Shown here: positions 35,920 through 45,017 of the stretch, one piece after another
Layout of the letters: each line of letters starts with the position of its first letter
Position numbering within the stretch: position 1 is the first letter of the stretch
IMG/VR virus record: IMGVR_UViG_3300037510_000213
Coordinates: 1-54,982 of that record
Direction: 5' to 3' (one strand)
Length of the DNA stretch: 54,982 bases
Source: a virus
Lineage: Duplodnaviria; Caudoviricetes
Translations under genes and position numbers: made by a program
The notes under the pieces: model-generated
The model's input: the letters and a program-made list of their open reading frames with translations, nothing else
Database searches by the model: none
Told to the model about the DNA's origin: nothing

Positions 35920-36079
35920 TACTTATCACAATAAACAATCGGCTCTCGAAATAGGGCCGATTGTGAAAAAATATCTCAGCCTATAACAGCCAGTATCGGC
36001 CCTTAGAAGCAAAAACGCCCAAAATCACCCGCCGTCACAAGTATTGTGACTTATCACGAATAAGAAAGGGGTTGCACAG

Positions 36080-36415
36080 ATGACCGATGAAAAGCATGTG
36101 ATTGACTGGCAGGCATTCGCGGCGCGGGTGCCTGCAGGGACATTTGTAAAGCGAGATCAATGGTGTGGTGTTCTTATGGAGTCCAAAAACTATCGGTCTG
36201 ATGATGCATATACTTATGTACGCGCGCATCTCGGAAGCGAGGATTTCGAGCAAATCTACAATGACACTATACTCTCCAAGAGGGATGAGGAGTATGTGAG
36301 TTATCAATTTTTCGCAGCAACAGGGCTGACAACTATGCATCCATCAGAGGTGCACTATCTCATCAATGGCCAATGGCTCACCTTCGATCAAGTCATGGCG
36401 CTGCCCCTGCCCTAA
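36080..36415 (+). CDS. Hypothetical protein (paralog of 53059..53382)
   Basis: C-terminus YLINGQWLTFDQVMA. Confidence 0.65.
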   Translation: MTDEKHVIDWQAFAARVPAGTFVKRDQWCGVLMESKNYRSDDAYTYVRAHLGSEDFEQIYNDTILSKRDEEYVSYQFFAATGLTTMHPSEVHYLINGQWLTFDQVMALPLP

Positions 36416-36457
36416 CGCACAAGCGCCCCAGGTGAGGCGCTCATGCTGCTGCGAGGG

Positions 36458-36982
36458 CTAGCCTCCGAACGGGCCAGCGGGCGGCGGCATGGTCCGCATG
36501 GTGGTGGTCGACGTGAACGACGATGATCCAATCGAGTTAGGAGGATCGCCAAGTGTGTAGGTGGTCGGCGGCGCGCTGAGGCTCTCAGTGTCGGATTTGA
36601 GCAGCACAGTGTTCGTTTCGACTGTGCTGTTTCCCTGTGCTGTGTGATAGCCTGTGTCATCTTTCGTGACGGTGTACCCCATTTTGCGCAGCGCAGCGGT
36701 CAGAAACGCCTCGTCAAGCGTGATTGGGGTTTGCTCAGCCGCTTCAAGCGCGATGTCAGCCACAGGGGGGATTAACTGTTTCAGCACGTCGGCGGGCACG
36801 AGCGGAGCCATGATGCGGAAGATGTCAGGCAACTTGAGCACGACCAGCGCTGCGATGATCACAGCTCCAACGATGAGGATATTTTGCGTCGTCAATCCTG
36901 TTGAGGGATCGGCAACGGTGTCCTGTGCGCTGACGGCACTCGCCATGCACAGCAGCAGAATGAAGATGATGAGACGTTTCAT
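36458..36982 (-). CDS. Signal-peptide plus TM membrane protein (lysis-position operon)
   Basis: MKRLIIFILLLCMASAVSA-QD signal peptide, then TM ILIVGAVIIAALVVL. Confidence 0.7.
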   Translation of the reverse strand: MKRLIIFILLLCMASAVSAQDTVADPSTGLTTQNILIVGAVIIAALVVLKLPDIFRIMAPLVPADVLKQLIPPVADIALEAAEQTPITLDEAFLTAALRKMGYTVTKDDTGYHTAQGNSTVETNTVLLKSDTESLSAPPTTYTLGDPPNSIGSSSFTSTTTMRTMPPPAGPFGG

Positions 36983-37266
36983 GTGGACTCCTTGTGCATA
37001 AACTGTTGAATGAGAACGATGAGCGTCTTGACCTCTGTGTTCAAGGCCTCAACGGTGTCGGATAGATGATCCATGCGCCGATTGGTTTCTGAGGCACTTT
37101 CAAGCGCAGTTTTGGCGATCATATACGGCCCTTCCAGCACCATCGCCCGCGCCTGTGATCCCTGTGTCAGGACGCCCATAACCTCCCTGACAAGCATTGG
37201 AACTGCCTTGTAAATCGTCAAGTAGATCAGGACGATTGGGCCAAACTCTCGAATGAGATCATTCAT
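36979..37266 (-). CDS. Small N-terminal-TM coiled-coil protein (holin-like)
   Basis: FGPIVLIYLTIY TM plus heptad-rich C-terminus. Confidence 0.55.
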   Translation of the reverse strand: MNDLIREFGPIVLIYLTIYKAVPMLVREVMGVLTQGSQARAMVLEGPYMIAKTALESASETNRRMDHLSDTVEALNTEVKTLIVLIQQFMHKEST

Positions 37267-38176
37267 GATGATCCCCCGCTGCTATGGGCGGGGTGTAGTC
37301 TTTGGCCTGTATCAGCGCAAAGAAAACCCCTAGCAAGACGATCAATCCATTCACGCACACGCCAAGCAGAGATGACATGCTCGTGGCTGTGAAGAACGCC
37401 GCTGATAGGAATGCAAACACTGCCACACCAATGAGCCGTTTGGCCATTTCATCGGGTGTCAAATGATTCTGCCGGAGCTGCCCATGCCCCCAGGCCAGCG
37501 GCACAATCAGCGCCAGAAACACAACCCCGCCAAACCGATGCGCCTCTTGAATGAAGCGAGCAATGGCACTGTCCTGCCACGCAATAAGCGACACACCAAG
37601 GAGTGCCATAAGCGTGCTGAGAAGTGGGTAAATGAGCGCTTTGACAGGATATTTGACAGCGGGCTGATACGATTGAATGACCGTCACCATGCCCACCAAT
37701 GACAGCAGGAACACACCGCAGTACCCATACAACGCGATGGGAGACAAGCGCCCTGTAAGCGTGTAAACCACGGTTATAGTTGCCAAAAGCGCCTGTCCAC
37801 TGAGAGAGAACAGAAGCCCCCATGTGGCCTGAATACCGCGCTGTGTCTGGAAGATGTCAGACAGGAACACAAACGCAATGACACCGATGATAACCAATCG
37901 GGCAGCGCTCATGGGTTCGTTGGGGTGTAGTGTGCTGATGTCTTCAATGAGGGGGCGAAGCACGCCAGAGGAGCTATCAGGGATGAGAGCCATCCAGAAG
38001 AGGCAGAAGAGGATAACGCTGTTTTCGAAGACGGTGAAGCGGAGGAAGTTTAAGCGCAGATCGGAGGCCGCAATAACACCTCCCACCCTTTTGAGGAGAT
38101 TCGGCCAGGGAGACGCGCGCGTGATCGCTGGTGGCATAGGGGTTCCCCGTGCTGTTGAGTGCAATTTTGTAGCCAT
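37259..38176 (-). CDS. Polytopic membrane protein (about 8 TM)
   Basis: Multiple hydrophobic helices; start MATKL after AAGGA. Confidence 0.75.
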   Translation of the reverse strand: MATKLHSTARGTPMPPAITRASPWPNLLKRVGGVIAASDLRLNFLRFTVFENSVILFCLFWMALIPDSSSGVLRPLIEDISTLHPNEPMSAARLVIIGVIAFVFLSDIFQTQRGIQATWGLLFSLSGQALLATITVVYTLTGRLSPIALYGYCGVFLLSLVGMVTVIQSYQPAVKYPVKALIYPLLSTLMALLGVSLIAWQDSAIARFIQEAHRFGGVVFLALIVPLAWGHGQLRQNHLTPDEMAKRLIGVAVFAFLSAAFFTATSMSSLLGVCVNGLIVLLGVFFALIQAKDYTPPIAAGDHHE

Positions 38177-38423
38177 ATGTCGATCCTTGCCCAAGATATG
38201 TGACATGTCATGTGTCCACTCTGAAAATGAACACATTCAGTTTTGATCATACGCGATAATTGATCATTTGTCATCAAGCGGATTTCTAACGCAAAAACGC
38301 CACAGGAAGCCTATGGCGCATGCGTCTCTTGGGCAAGAGATGTTTTCAGCATAGCATGAAAGCGGGTTGACGGTGTATGCGGATTGCGTTGGTCTTTTGT
38401 AAGAGCAGATGAAAACGGGATGA

Positions 38424-38453
38424 TTGACGCGCGGATTCGAGTAGGTGTATGAT
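38424..38453 (+). promoter_or_regulatory. Sigma70-like promoter for the tRNA-like transcript
   Basis: TTGACG-N18-TATGAT. Confidence 0.55.
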
Positions 38454-38541
38454 GGTCGCACCGTTGGCGACGGTTTGGTATCGCACGCAGGGAGGACACT
38501 GACAACGTGAACAGTCTAAGCGTTGTTATTCCAATCTGACA

Positions 38542-38623
38542 GGACTTGTAGCTCAGCGGCTAGAGTAACGGGCTGACATGACTGTAGGTTCCGCATGCAT
38601 GGGTTCGAGTCCCATCAAGTTCC
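38542..38623 (+). tRNA. tRNA-like gene (Val-GAC-like) with elongated anticodon arm; possibly pseudo-tRNA
   Basis: Acceptor GGACTTG/CAAGTTC, D-arm TA-GCTC-AGCGGCTA-GAGT, T-arm ATGGG-TTCGAGT-CCCAT; anticodon region about 10 nt too long; no encoded CCA. Confidence 0.7.
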
Positions 38624-38630
38624 GCGCATT

Positions 38631-38659
38631 GCCCCCACAATTGGGGGCTTTGTGTTTTT
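38631..38659 (+). terminator. Intrinsic terminator after the tRNA-like gene
   Basis: GCCCCCA-CAAT-TGGGGGC then TTTGTGTTTTT. Confidence 0.75.
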
Positions 38660-38801
38660 CAGAAATGGAAACTTTTGACGCGATGATCTGTGATATAGTG
38701 TCAATGCGAGATGACATCACACTCCTTTCTGGACTAAAGATGAGCTGGGCAGACTCGCAAGCCACACGCCGCTCTCGTGTGAGAAACGGCGTGTGTGCAT
38801 T

Positions 38802-39326
38802 CTAACCGCGAATGAGCACCGTTTCCACCCCTACCCCGATGGCGATGAATTGATAGGCGCATGCGTTGATCGCCTGTGCCTGTGCCTGTGTGGGGGATGT
38901 TGGCAGATCGCCCGACACAAGCGTGATCGCCGTGGTGCGTGTCAGATACCACAGGAAGCGATTGTACATGGCCAGATGGTTGGTATCGCTGGCCTTGTTC
39001 TGGCGCACGGCGGCATACACCGCTGTGGTGGTGTCGGTCAGGCTGGGCGTGGTCTTCCACAACGCAATCAAGTCCCGCTGCGCGCGATAGAAATAGTCGG
39101 CATAGACAATGAGATCCTGATTGTTATCAATGAGATTGTTATAGGCTTGACGTGCAGGTTTTGGGCGCTCGACTGTGGCCAGCGCTGCCACCACCGCCGC
39201 TTCAATCTGTTCTGATGGGGTGTTGGCGGGAATGCTCACGCGCTGTCCATCCAATTCATAGATAGCCAGCATTTGAGAGAGATCGCTGCCATCGGAGCCG
39301 TTTGAGTCGTATGCAATCAAAATCAT
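38802..39326 (-). CDS. Hypothetical protein downstream of the tail fibre (possible fibre chaperone)
   Basis: ATGA-coupled to the fibre gene; followed by a hairpin at 38763..38795. Confidence 0.6.
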   Translation of the reverse strand: MILIAYDSNGSDGSDLSQMLAIYELDGQRVSIPANTPSEQIEAAVVAALATVERPKPARQAYNNLIDNNQDLIVYADYFYRAQRDLIALWKTTPSLTDTTTAVYAAVRQNKASDTNHLAMYNRFLWYLTRTTAITLVSGDLPTSPTQAQAQAINACAYQFIAIGVGVETVLIRG

Positions 39327-41854
39327 GGATATTCCGCCGTTCTGATGAATTGGAGCCATGACAGGCTGATAAAGTAATTGCTTGATGAGGCGTTCTTTGA
39401 GGCTGCCTTGATGCTTAGCGTGTGGTTCCCTGGCAGATTGATGTTGAAATTCGAGGATGAGCCGCGCGTGTTATACGCCGTTGCTGCTGAGTAGAGATCA
39501 TGCGTTGAGACAGTTGAGGCGTCGATGATGATCGACATGACGCCCGCGCCCGCGCCTTTCACGGCCATATACTCGATATGGTACGTTCCTGCCGGAAGTG
39601 CCACGGTGTAATCGGTCTGATCGTTCACGGCCCCCGTGTTTTTGCGCCAATACCCTGCCCCTGATTGGCTCGTGTCTGACACCCAGACGAGCGCCGCGCC
39701 GCTGATGTTCGTGTGCTCGGAGAAGGGATTGAGCATCTCTGAGTAATACGGACGTCGCAAATTGATCCAATCGGACCCCGTATACATTGACAGATCATCT
39801 TGATCAGTGACCTGTACTTGCATGCCCTCTACAGGCGACGAAATCGCATCGCGCTGTGTGGTGGTCATCTTGGGTGCGGGAATGCTGGCGTCCGTTGTGC
39901 TGTGAACATCAAGTATTGCTCCAGGTGTATTTATGCCAATCCCGATGCGCTTGGCACTTGCATCAAGGAAGAACATATCAGGCTCACCCACAGCCTCCAT
40001 GCGGACATCGCGATTGTTCCCTGATTCATTGATGGTCACAGCGCCATCGATGTTAACCACGCCCGTGCTCTTGGGCAGAATGTCGATCCCAATGGTGCCA
40101 TCCCCGCCCGTGGCTGATATTGCGGGTTTGCTGCCTGTGGCGGCATTTGCAATCGTTAATTCGTTGACAGCGCTGGCCGTGGGGGTGAACTTGATCTCCT
40201 CATTGCCGTTGCTGTCGAGGATCTCGTTGACTTTGGGGCTGGTCAGCGTCTTGCTGGTGAGTGTTTCAGCTCCCGCCAACGTCGCAATCGTGCCATCGTA
40301 ATCGGGCGGCGTCAGAACGCGCGTTTGTCCTGTGGTGAATCCGTCCACCTCAATGCGCAAGAGTTTCGTGGCATCGACGCTGCCTTTGATGATGGTCTGC
40401 GTGTCGACAAATGGTGGTGAGGTGATGTCCGATGTAAGCGCAATCGTGCCGCTGGCGTTGGGGAACGTGTAGGTTCTATCCGCGCTGTTGGCATGCGTGA
40501 AAATGCCCTTGAATCCGCCAATGAGAAGGCTCAACGCCGTGGCGATCAACGAGGACGCCGTGATGGTCTTGTTGCTGAGGCCCTCCGCTCCTGTGGGGCT
40601 GGTGTAATCCGTGCCTGCAACTGCAATGGATTGAACGCCTGTGCCTGTCGTGCTTTTGACGATGCCTGTGCCGAGTGCGCCCATTGCTTGCGCGTTGGGC
40701 AGGCTGCCGTTGGCGACTTGCAGGAGATAGGTGGCATTGTCAGGCGCGAATGAGCCACCACTGCCTGACACGGCATCCCACACCGCTGCGCCCAATGTCA
40801 CATCGCTGGCGACATACAGGATGCTTGTGGAGGTGTCAAACCACTGCGATCCGACACTGTATCCCGAATCGCTGTCATCCGTTCCTGTGGGCGCGGTGTT
40901 TGTGATATTTGACTTGTGAACGATGATGACCTGTGCGCCCGTTTCGCTGGTGTCGAGATCCCCCACCCCCGATGTTGTGAAGGGGCCTGTCACGAATGTG
41001 TAATTGGCGCGCACACGCTCCAACGTTGTCAGGACATTGGGGAATCCCAGGACGTTGGGCATGTCGAGCCATTGGCGCACATCCACATCAAGATCGCTCT
41101 GCGTGATTGATCCCTGATTGTTCGAGAGATAGAACGCCTTGAACATGACCGCATCGGGGGGGCGCGATGCGGCGGCCCGCACCACGCACTCTTGTAAATC
41201 CGAATCTCCTAGAGGGGATGACAGCGCTTGTGTCACGCTTGTGGTGACGGAGGCTGTATTCAGATACGTGTCCAGCCACACCATTGCGTAACAGTGCGTG
41301 TCAGCAGCAGGGATGTAGGACGCAAGGTCAATTTTGTCCGCTTGCAGGGGGGTGTCAAAGGGTTGGAGAAGATTGCCGCCTGTGTAGTGACGGATCTTTT
41401 TAATGGTGATCAGTGTTGATGGGGATGAGGCACTGCCCACGGCGTTGGCCAGCCCATAGGTGAGCTGCCACGGATACACGAAGCGGCTTTGCTGATTCAG
41501 TGGATTGAGCGCTTGCGTGTTAATGCCCATCGCATCAAGGCTTTTGTTGTGCGCTGCCTTGATGCACAGGTCGCCATCATAGCCGTAGCCGATCCACAGG
41601 CCTGTGCCTGGGACATTGGGAAAGGCCACCCCCGCCGCGCGCACCATCGTCGGGTTGGTGTATGAAACATTGCCATTGGCGTCTGCCCCATTCAGGAAGC
41701 GCACATACACCCACCCAGACTTGCCAGGGACATCGGTCCGCGCACCGCTGGCTGACGAGTCCCCAAGGACCGCATACCACGCATCACCGACGCGATTTTG
41801 AAACAGGCGTCTGAGGATTTCTGTCTCAGTGGTGGAAGGCAAATAACTCATCAT
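39323..41854 (-). CDS. Tail fibre / receptor-binding protein
   Basis: Ser/Thr/Gly-rich; repeats RTYTFPNASGTIA/RVLTPPDYDGTIA and LSNKTIT/LTSKTLT; C-terminal beta-sandwich (LPAGTYHI...GNHTLSIK). Confidence 0.75.
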   Translation of the reverse strand: MMSYLPSTTETEILRRLFQNRVGDAWYAVLGDSSASGARTDVPGKSGWVYVRFLNGADANGNVSYTNPTMVRAAGVAFPNVPGTGLWIGYGYDGDLCIKAAHNKSLDAMGINTQALNPLNQQSRFVYPWQLTYGLANAVGSASSPSTLITIKKIRHYTGGNLLQPFDTPLQADKIDLASYIPAADTHCYAMVWLDTYLNTASVTTSVTQALSSPLGDSDLQECVVRAAASRPPDAVMFKAFYLSNNQGSITQSDLDVDVRQWLDMPNVLGFPNVLTTLERVRANYTFVTGPFTTSGVGDLDTSETGAQVIIVHKSNITNTAPTGTDDSDSGYSVGSQWFDTSTSILYVASDVTLGAAVWDAVSGSGGSFAPDNATYLLQVANGSLPNAQAMGALGTGIVKSTTGTGVQSIAVAGTDYTSPTGAEGLSNKTITASSLIATALSLLIGGFKGIFTHANSADRTYTFPNASGTIALTSDITSPPFVDTQTIIKGSVDATKLLRIEVDGFTTGQTRVLTPPDYDGTIATLAGAETLTSKTLTSPKVNEILDSNGNEEIKFTPTASAVNELTIANAATGSKPAISATGGDGTIGIDILPKSTGVVNIDGAVTINESGNNRDVRMEAVGEPDMFFLDASAKRIGIGINTPGAILDVHSTTDASIPAPKMTTTQRDAISSPVEGMQVQVTDQDDLSMYTGSDWINLRRPYYSEMLNPFSEHTNISGAALVWVSDTSQSGAGYWRKNTGAVNDQTDYTVALPAGTYHIEYMAVKGAGAGVMSIIIDASTVSTHDLYSAATAYNTRGSSSNFNINLPGNHTLSIKAASKNASSSNYFISLSWLQFIRTAEYP

Positions 41855-44586
41855 GCCTCCTTTGGGCACACGTCGAGGTAGAGAATGGCCGATTGGTTGT
41901 CACTGTAATCACTGTCTTCAAAGCGGGCAAGAAGGACCGATCCGGTGCCTGTGAATGGAATCGTGTACTTGTGGTTTTCACTGAAGGGAGGCGGCACACT
42001 GATCGCACTGTTGTCAAGGCGCAGCCCTCCCGTGGTGTTCAATTGAACGTTGACAATGTTTCCATCGTCATCTTTCTCCCAGGTGTAAAAGGCGTCCGCA
42101 TAAACAGGACGCGGGGGCGGTCCATCTGTCAGACTGATGTCAACCACAAACGTGCCAATGCCGCTGCCCATATCGAAATAGCGCACGCTGGCGGGGAGTG
42201 ATCCGAATAAGATCGAATTGCCAGCGCAGTCAAGCACTGTTCCTGTGGTGATGCCGCCGCTGATGATGGAAAAGCTCATCGTCCAGCAGTTGTCAGGGTC
42301 TAAGGTGTTTCCCCAGAAAATCGTGTTCCCCACACTCTCCATGCGATAAATATCACCGACCTGACTCAGGAGGGTTCCTGTGGTAAACAGCTCAAGCGCT
42401 GTCTTGGTCAGATCATCAACCTGTGCACTGCCTGATACGGTGATCAGGTAGGGATCTCCCAACATAGTCGTAAAGGATGATGACACGTTGCCACTGTTGC
42501 GAAAATTGACAGGCGGATTCATGCTCTTGCAGCCTGGGGACGCTTGACGTGCCGCTGCTCTGGCTGCCACATCCGGGGGCAGTGGCGAATAGGCCATCAT
42601 GCCTGTGAATGGATCAATCGGCTGACGATCTGCAAGAGGCGGGAAATCCGTAGGATAGTTCTCGGCGGGATCGGTTGGGAACGCAAGATCGTTCGGCAAG
42701 GCAGGCAAAACAGGATTCATACCGTCGAGATTGACAGGCAGAAGCGTGGCTTGCGCCTGGGCATCGTCAAAGGTTGTCTCCGCAGGCCACTGTCCTGACA
42801 CATCAATGGAGCCATCGGTGTTGATGGTGAGAGATATGCTTTGCAGCAGCCAATAGTCGGTGTCTGTCCATGCCCGCCCCAACGTGTTTGAAGACGCAGG
42901 CAGTACAGCAGACCAGCGCTGAAAGTTGGATGGAATGACCACGCCTGAATAGCTGTCAAACAGAGACAGCGCCATGAGCGGTTTTGAGTTTTCAGCGGCA
43001 TAGTGATCGCTGGCCCGTTGCTTGAGTTCATTGCGCGCGTCGTCAATGCTGGCATCAAGGGTCAGGATCTCGCGATTTAACTCGCGTGTTTCGCCTTCCA
43101 GATACACAACCGTCGGCGCGTTGGCGCTGTAGAGCACAAAGGTATTGGCAGCGCTGTCAAACGATCCCCCATACGCCACAACCTGAGACACGATGTTGGA
43201 GCTGTCAAGATCGACGCTGTATGAGATCATGTCATCAAGAGCGAAGGTCGTCACAACGGGGACGCCGCTGCGATCCCGCTTGTAGTTCACATCAATCGCA
43301 AGATACACCTCGCCATCGGGGGCATAATTGGGCGCGGCATGGATCGGAGACAGAAGCGTTTCAAGAACATCCGTCGCGTATTTGCCATCAATCCCGCGCG
43401 GTTCCCCTCCAATTTGCCAATCGGCAAAGGCTCCGTCCTCAACGCCGAATGATCCAATGTTGGTGAGCGTCGAATAGGCCCACATGGCATAGACAGCCAT
43501 GCGGTACGGCGTCGGCGCGGTGATCTCGCCCCATTCGTCGGGGCTGGCCACAGGGCGAACGATGTCATTGGGGAAGCTGAGGCGGCGCATGTAAGAGGTA
43601 ATGCCCTCGACAGCAAAGCTCACCTGCTGCACCTGCCCCGCCTCCGCACTACCCTCAGTTTGGATGGACGATGAGCGCACACGCCCACTCATGAGGACAT
43701 TGGAGACGATCGGCGTGCTGCTGTCATCACCAAAGTGCTGCACATGGAAGAGTGCGCAGTGTGTGCGATCAAGAATGCCTGTCACATCGCCGTAGGCGGT
43801 CACGCTGGCAGTCCATCCATCGTCACACTCAATTGATCCCGTGACAATCGGTTGTACCACAGGCGCGTCAAAGGTGCGTGTCACCGCGTAGACATGCGAG
43901 ATCTGATAGTTCGACTCATTGTTGTCATCGGTGTATACAACGCGGATGAGATAGTGATACCCCGCCTCAAAGGTAAAGGTGGGATGTTCAAGCGTCGGAT
44001 CGTCAATGCTGGATGTGCCACTGCCCCACACCGACCACTGCCAATCATCCACAGTCGTGGCCAACGCATCCACAGGAATGCCCGTCTGATCAGGTGTCAG
44101 CGTCACCTGCCCATCAGCGTCACTGTCATACAGCACAAAAACGGACGGAAGTCCAGTTAGGACAGGGGGCAGCGCGTGATAGGCCACACTGTCATCAATC
44201 AGCGTGTCATTGCGGTGACGGGTGAACAGGTCCACATCGGCCACAACCGTGATGTAATCGCCATCATTCAGGAGGGTGCTGTTATAGGAGATATAGAACG
44301 TGTTTGATGATGGAGCGAGACGCACGCGGCCTCGGTATTTGAAATCGGTGAGATCGGTGGTGGTTGAGACATAGACGACCAATCCTTCCCAGACATCCGC
44401 ATAACTGCCAATCGTTTCCGTGTCCCACGCGAATGAGGTGAATGGTGCGTCAGTGATCGTCTGATTGGCACGGGCCTGCCACACGATGTCATTGGGATTC
44501 AGGCAGGCCAACACACGACTCCAATAGCCGGAGGTGCGCAGCGTGGCAATCTGAGGAGATGTCAGGGATGGGGGAAACGGGGGCAT
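41851..44586 (-). CDS. Large baseplate / tail-tip protein
   Basis: 911 aa, acidic and beta-rich; position after the Dit-like gene. Confidence 0.7.
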   Translation of the reverse strand: MPPFPPSLTSPQIATLRTSGYWSRVLACLNPNDIVWQARANQTITDAPFTSFAWDTETIGSYADVWEGLVVYVSTTTDLTDFKYRGRVRLAPSSNTFYISYNSTLLNDGDYITVVADVDLFTRHRNDTLIDDSVAYHALPPVLTGLPSVFVLYDSDADGQVTLTPDQTGIPVDALATTVDDWQWSVWGSGTSSIDDPTLEHPTFTFEAGYHYLIRVVYTDDNNESNYQISHVYAVTRTFDAPVVQPIVTGSIECDDGWTASVTAYGDVTGILDRTHCALFHVQHFGDDSSTPIVSNVLMSGRVRSSSIQTEGSAEAGQVQQVSFAVEGITSYMRRLSFPNDIVRPVASPDEWGEITAPTPYRMAVYAMWAYSTLTNIGSFGVEDGAFADWQIGGEPRGIDGKYATDVLETLLSPIHAAPNYAPDGEVYLAIDVNYKRDRSGVPVVTTFALDDMISYSVDLDSSNIVSQVVAYGGSFDSAANTFVLYSANAPTVVYLEGETRELNREILTLDASIDDARNELKQRASDHYAAENSKPLMALSLFDSYSGVVIPSNFQRWSAVLPASSNTLGRAWTDTDYWLLQSISLTINTDGSIDVSGQWPAETTFDDAQAQATLLPVNLDGMNPVLPALPNDLAFPTDPAENYPTDFPPLADRQPIDPFTGMMAYSPLPPDVAARAAARQASPGCKSMNPPVNFRNSGNVSSSFTTMLGDPYLITVSGSAQVDDLTKTALELFTTGTLLSQVGDIYRMESVGNTIFWGNTLDPDNCWTMSFSIISGGITTGTVLDCAGNSILFGSLPASVRYFDMGSGIGTFVVDISLTDGPPPRPVYADAFYTWEKDDDGNIVNVQLNTTGGLRLDNSAISVPPPFSENHKYTIPFTGTGSVLLARFEDSDYSDNQSAILYLDVCPKEA

Positions 44587-45017
44587 TACAGCGGCTCCAC
44601 AAGCACGAGTTCAACCACAAAGCCTTCATAACCATTGCCCTTGATGGTCAATGAGGTTGTTTGATTCATATCGATGTTGCACACGGCGTTAAAGTTGGCG
44701 ATCACCAGCTTGGACTTGCTGGTGGGCTTGTGAACCGCCACGGTGACATTCTGACCACTGAACGTGGACTCAAGATAATCCACCTGCCCATAGGACACCC
44801 ACGGGAATGTCTGACGTGAGATGTTCAGCCCTGACATGAGCACGCGCCCTGTTGGGATAGGGCGATCCACCCCGTCTGTGTATCCGTTGCGATCATTGGG
44901 AGGCAGAAAGGCCAACCCATCCGTGCCGAAATAGGCTGTCCAGTTTTTGAGGTTTGACTGATTGCTCCAACCAAGAACGATCATCTGTCCCTGGTTGGGA
45001 TAGCGTGGAAGCATCAT
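44586..45017 (-). CDS. Distal tail (Dit-like) protein
   Basis: ATGA-coupled directly after the tape measure; 143 aa. Confidence 0.6.
   Translation of the reverse strand: MMLPRYPNQGQMIVLGWSNQSNLKNWTAYFGTDGLAFLPPNDRNGYTDGVDRPIPTGRVLMSGLNISRQTFPWVSYGQVDYLESTFSGQNVTVAVHKPTSKSKLVIANFNAVCNIDMNQTTSLTIKGNGYEGFVVELVLVEPL

Noticed and set aside
29691-36415. Integron cassette array with attC sites
   Set aside because: Hairpins lack paired RYYYAAC...GTTRRRY boxes and no IntI is present; kept only as a linker-repeat finding
38542-38623. attP site or bulge-helix-bulge intron-containing tRNA
   Set aside because: No integrase was found; the extra 10 nt do not form a proper BHB and are too short for a self-splicing intron
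39323-41854. Diversity-generating retroelement targeting the tail fibre
   Set aside because: No reverse transcriptase ORF and no TR/VR pair noticed
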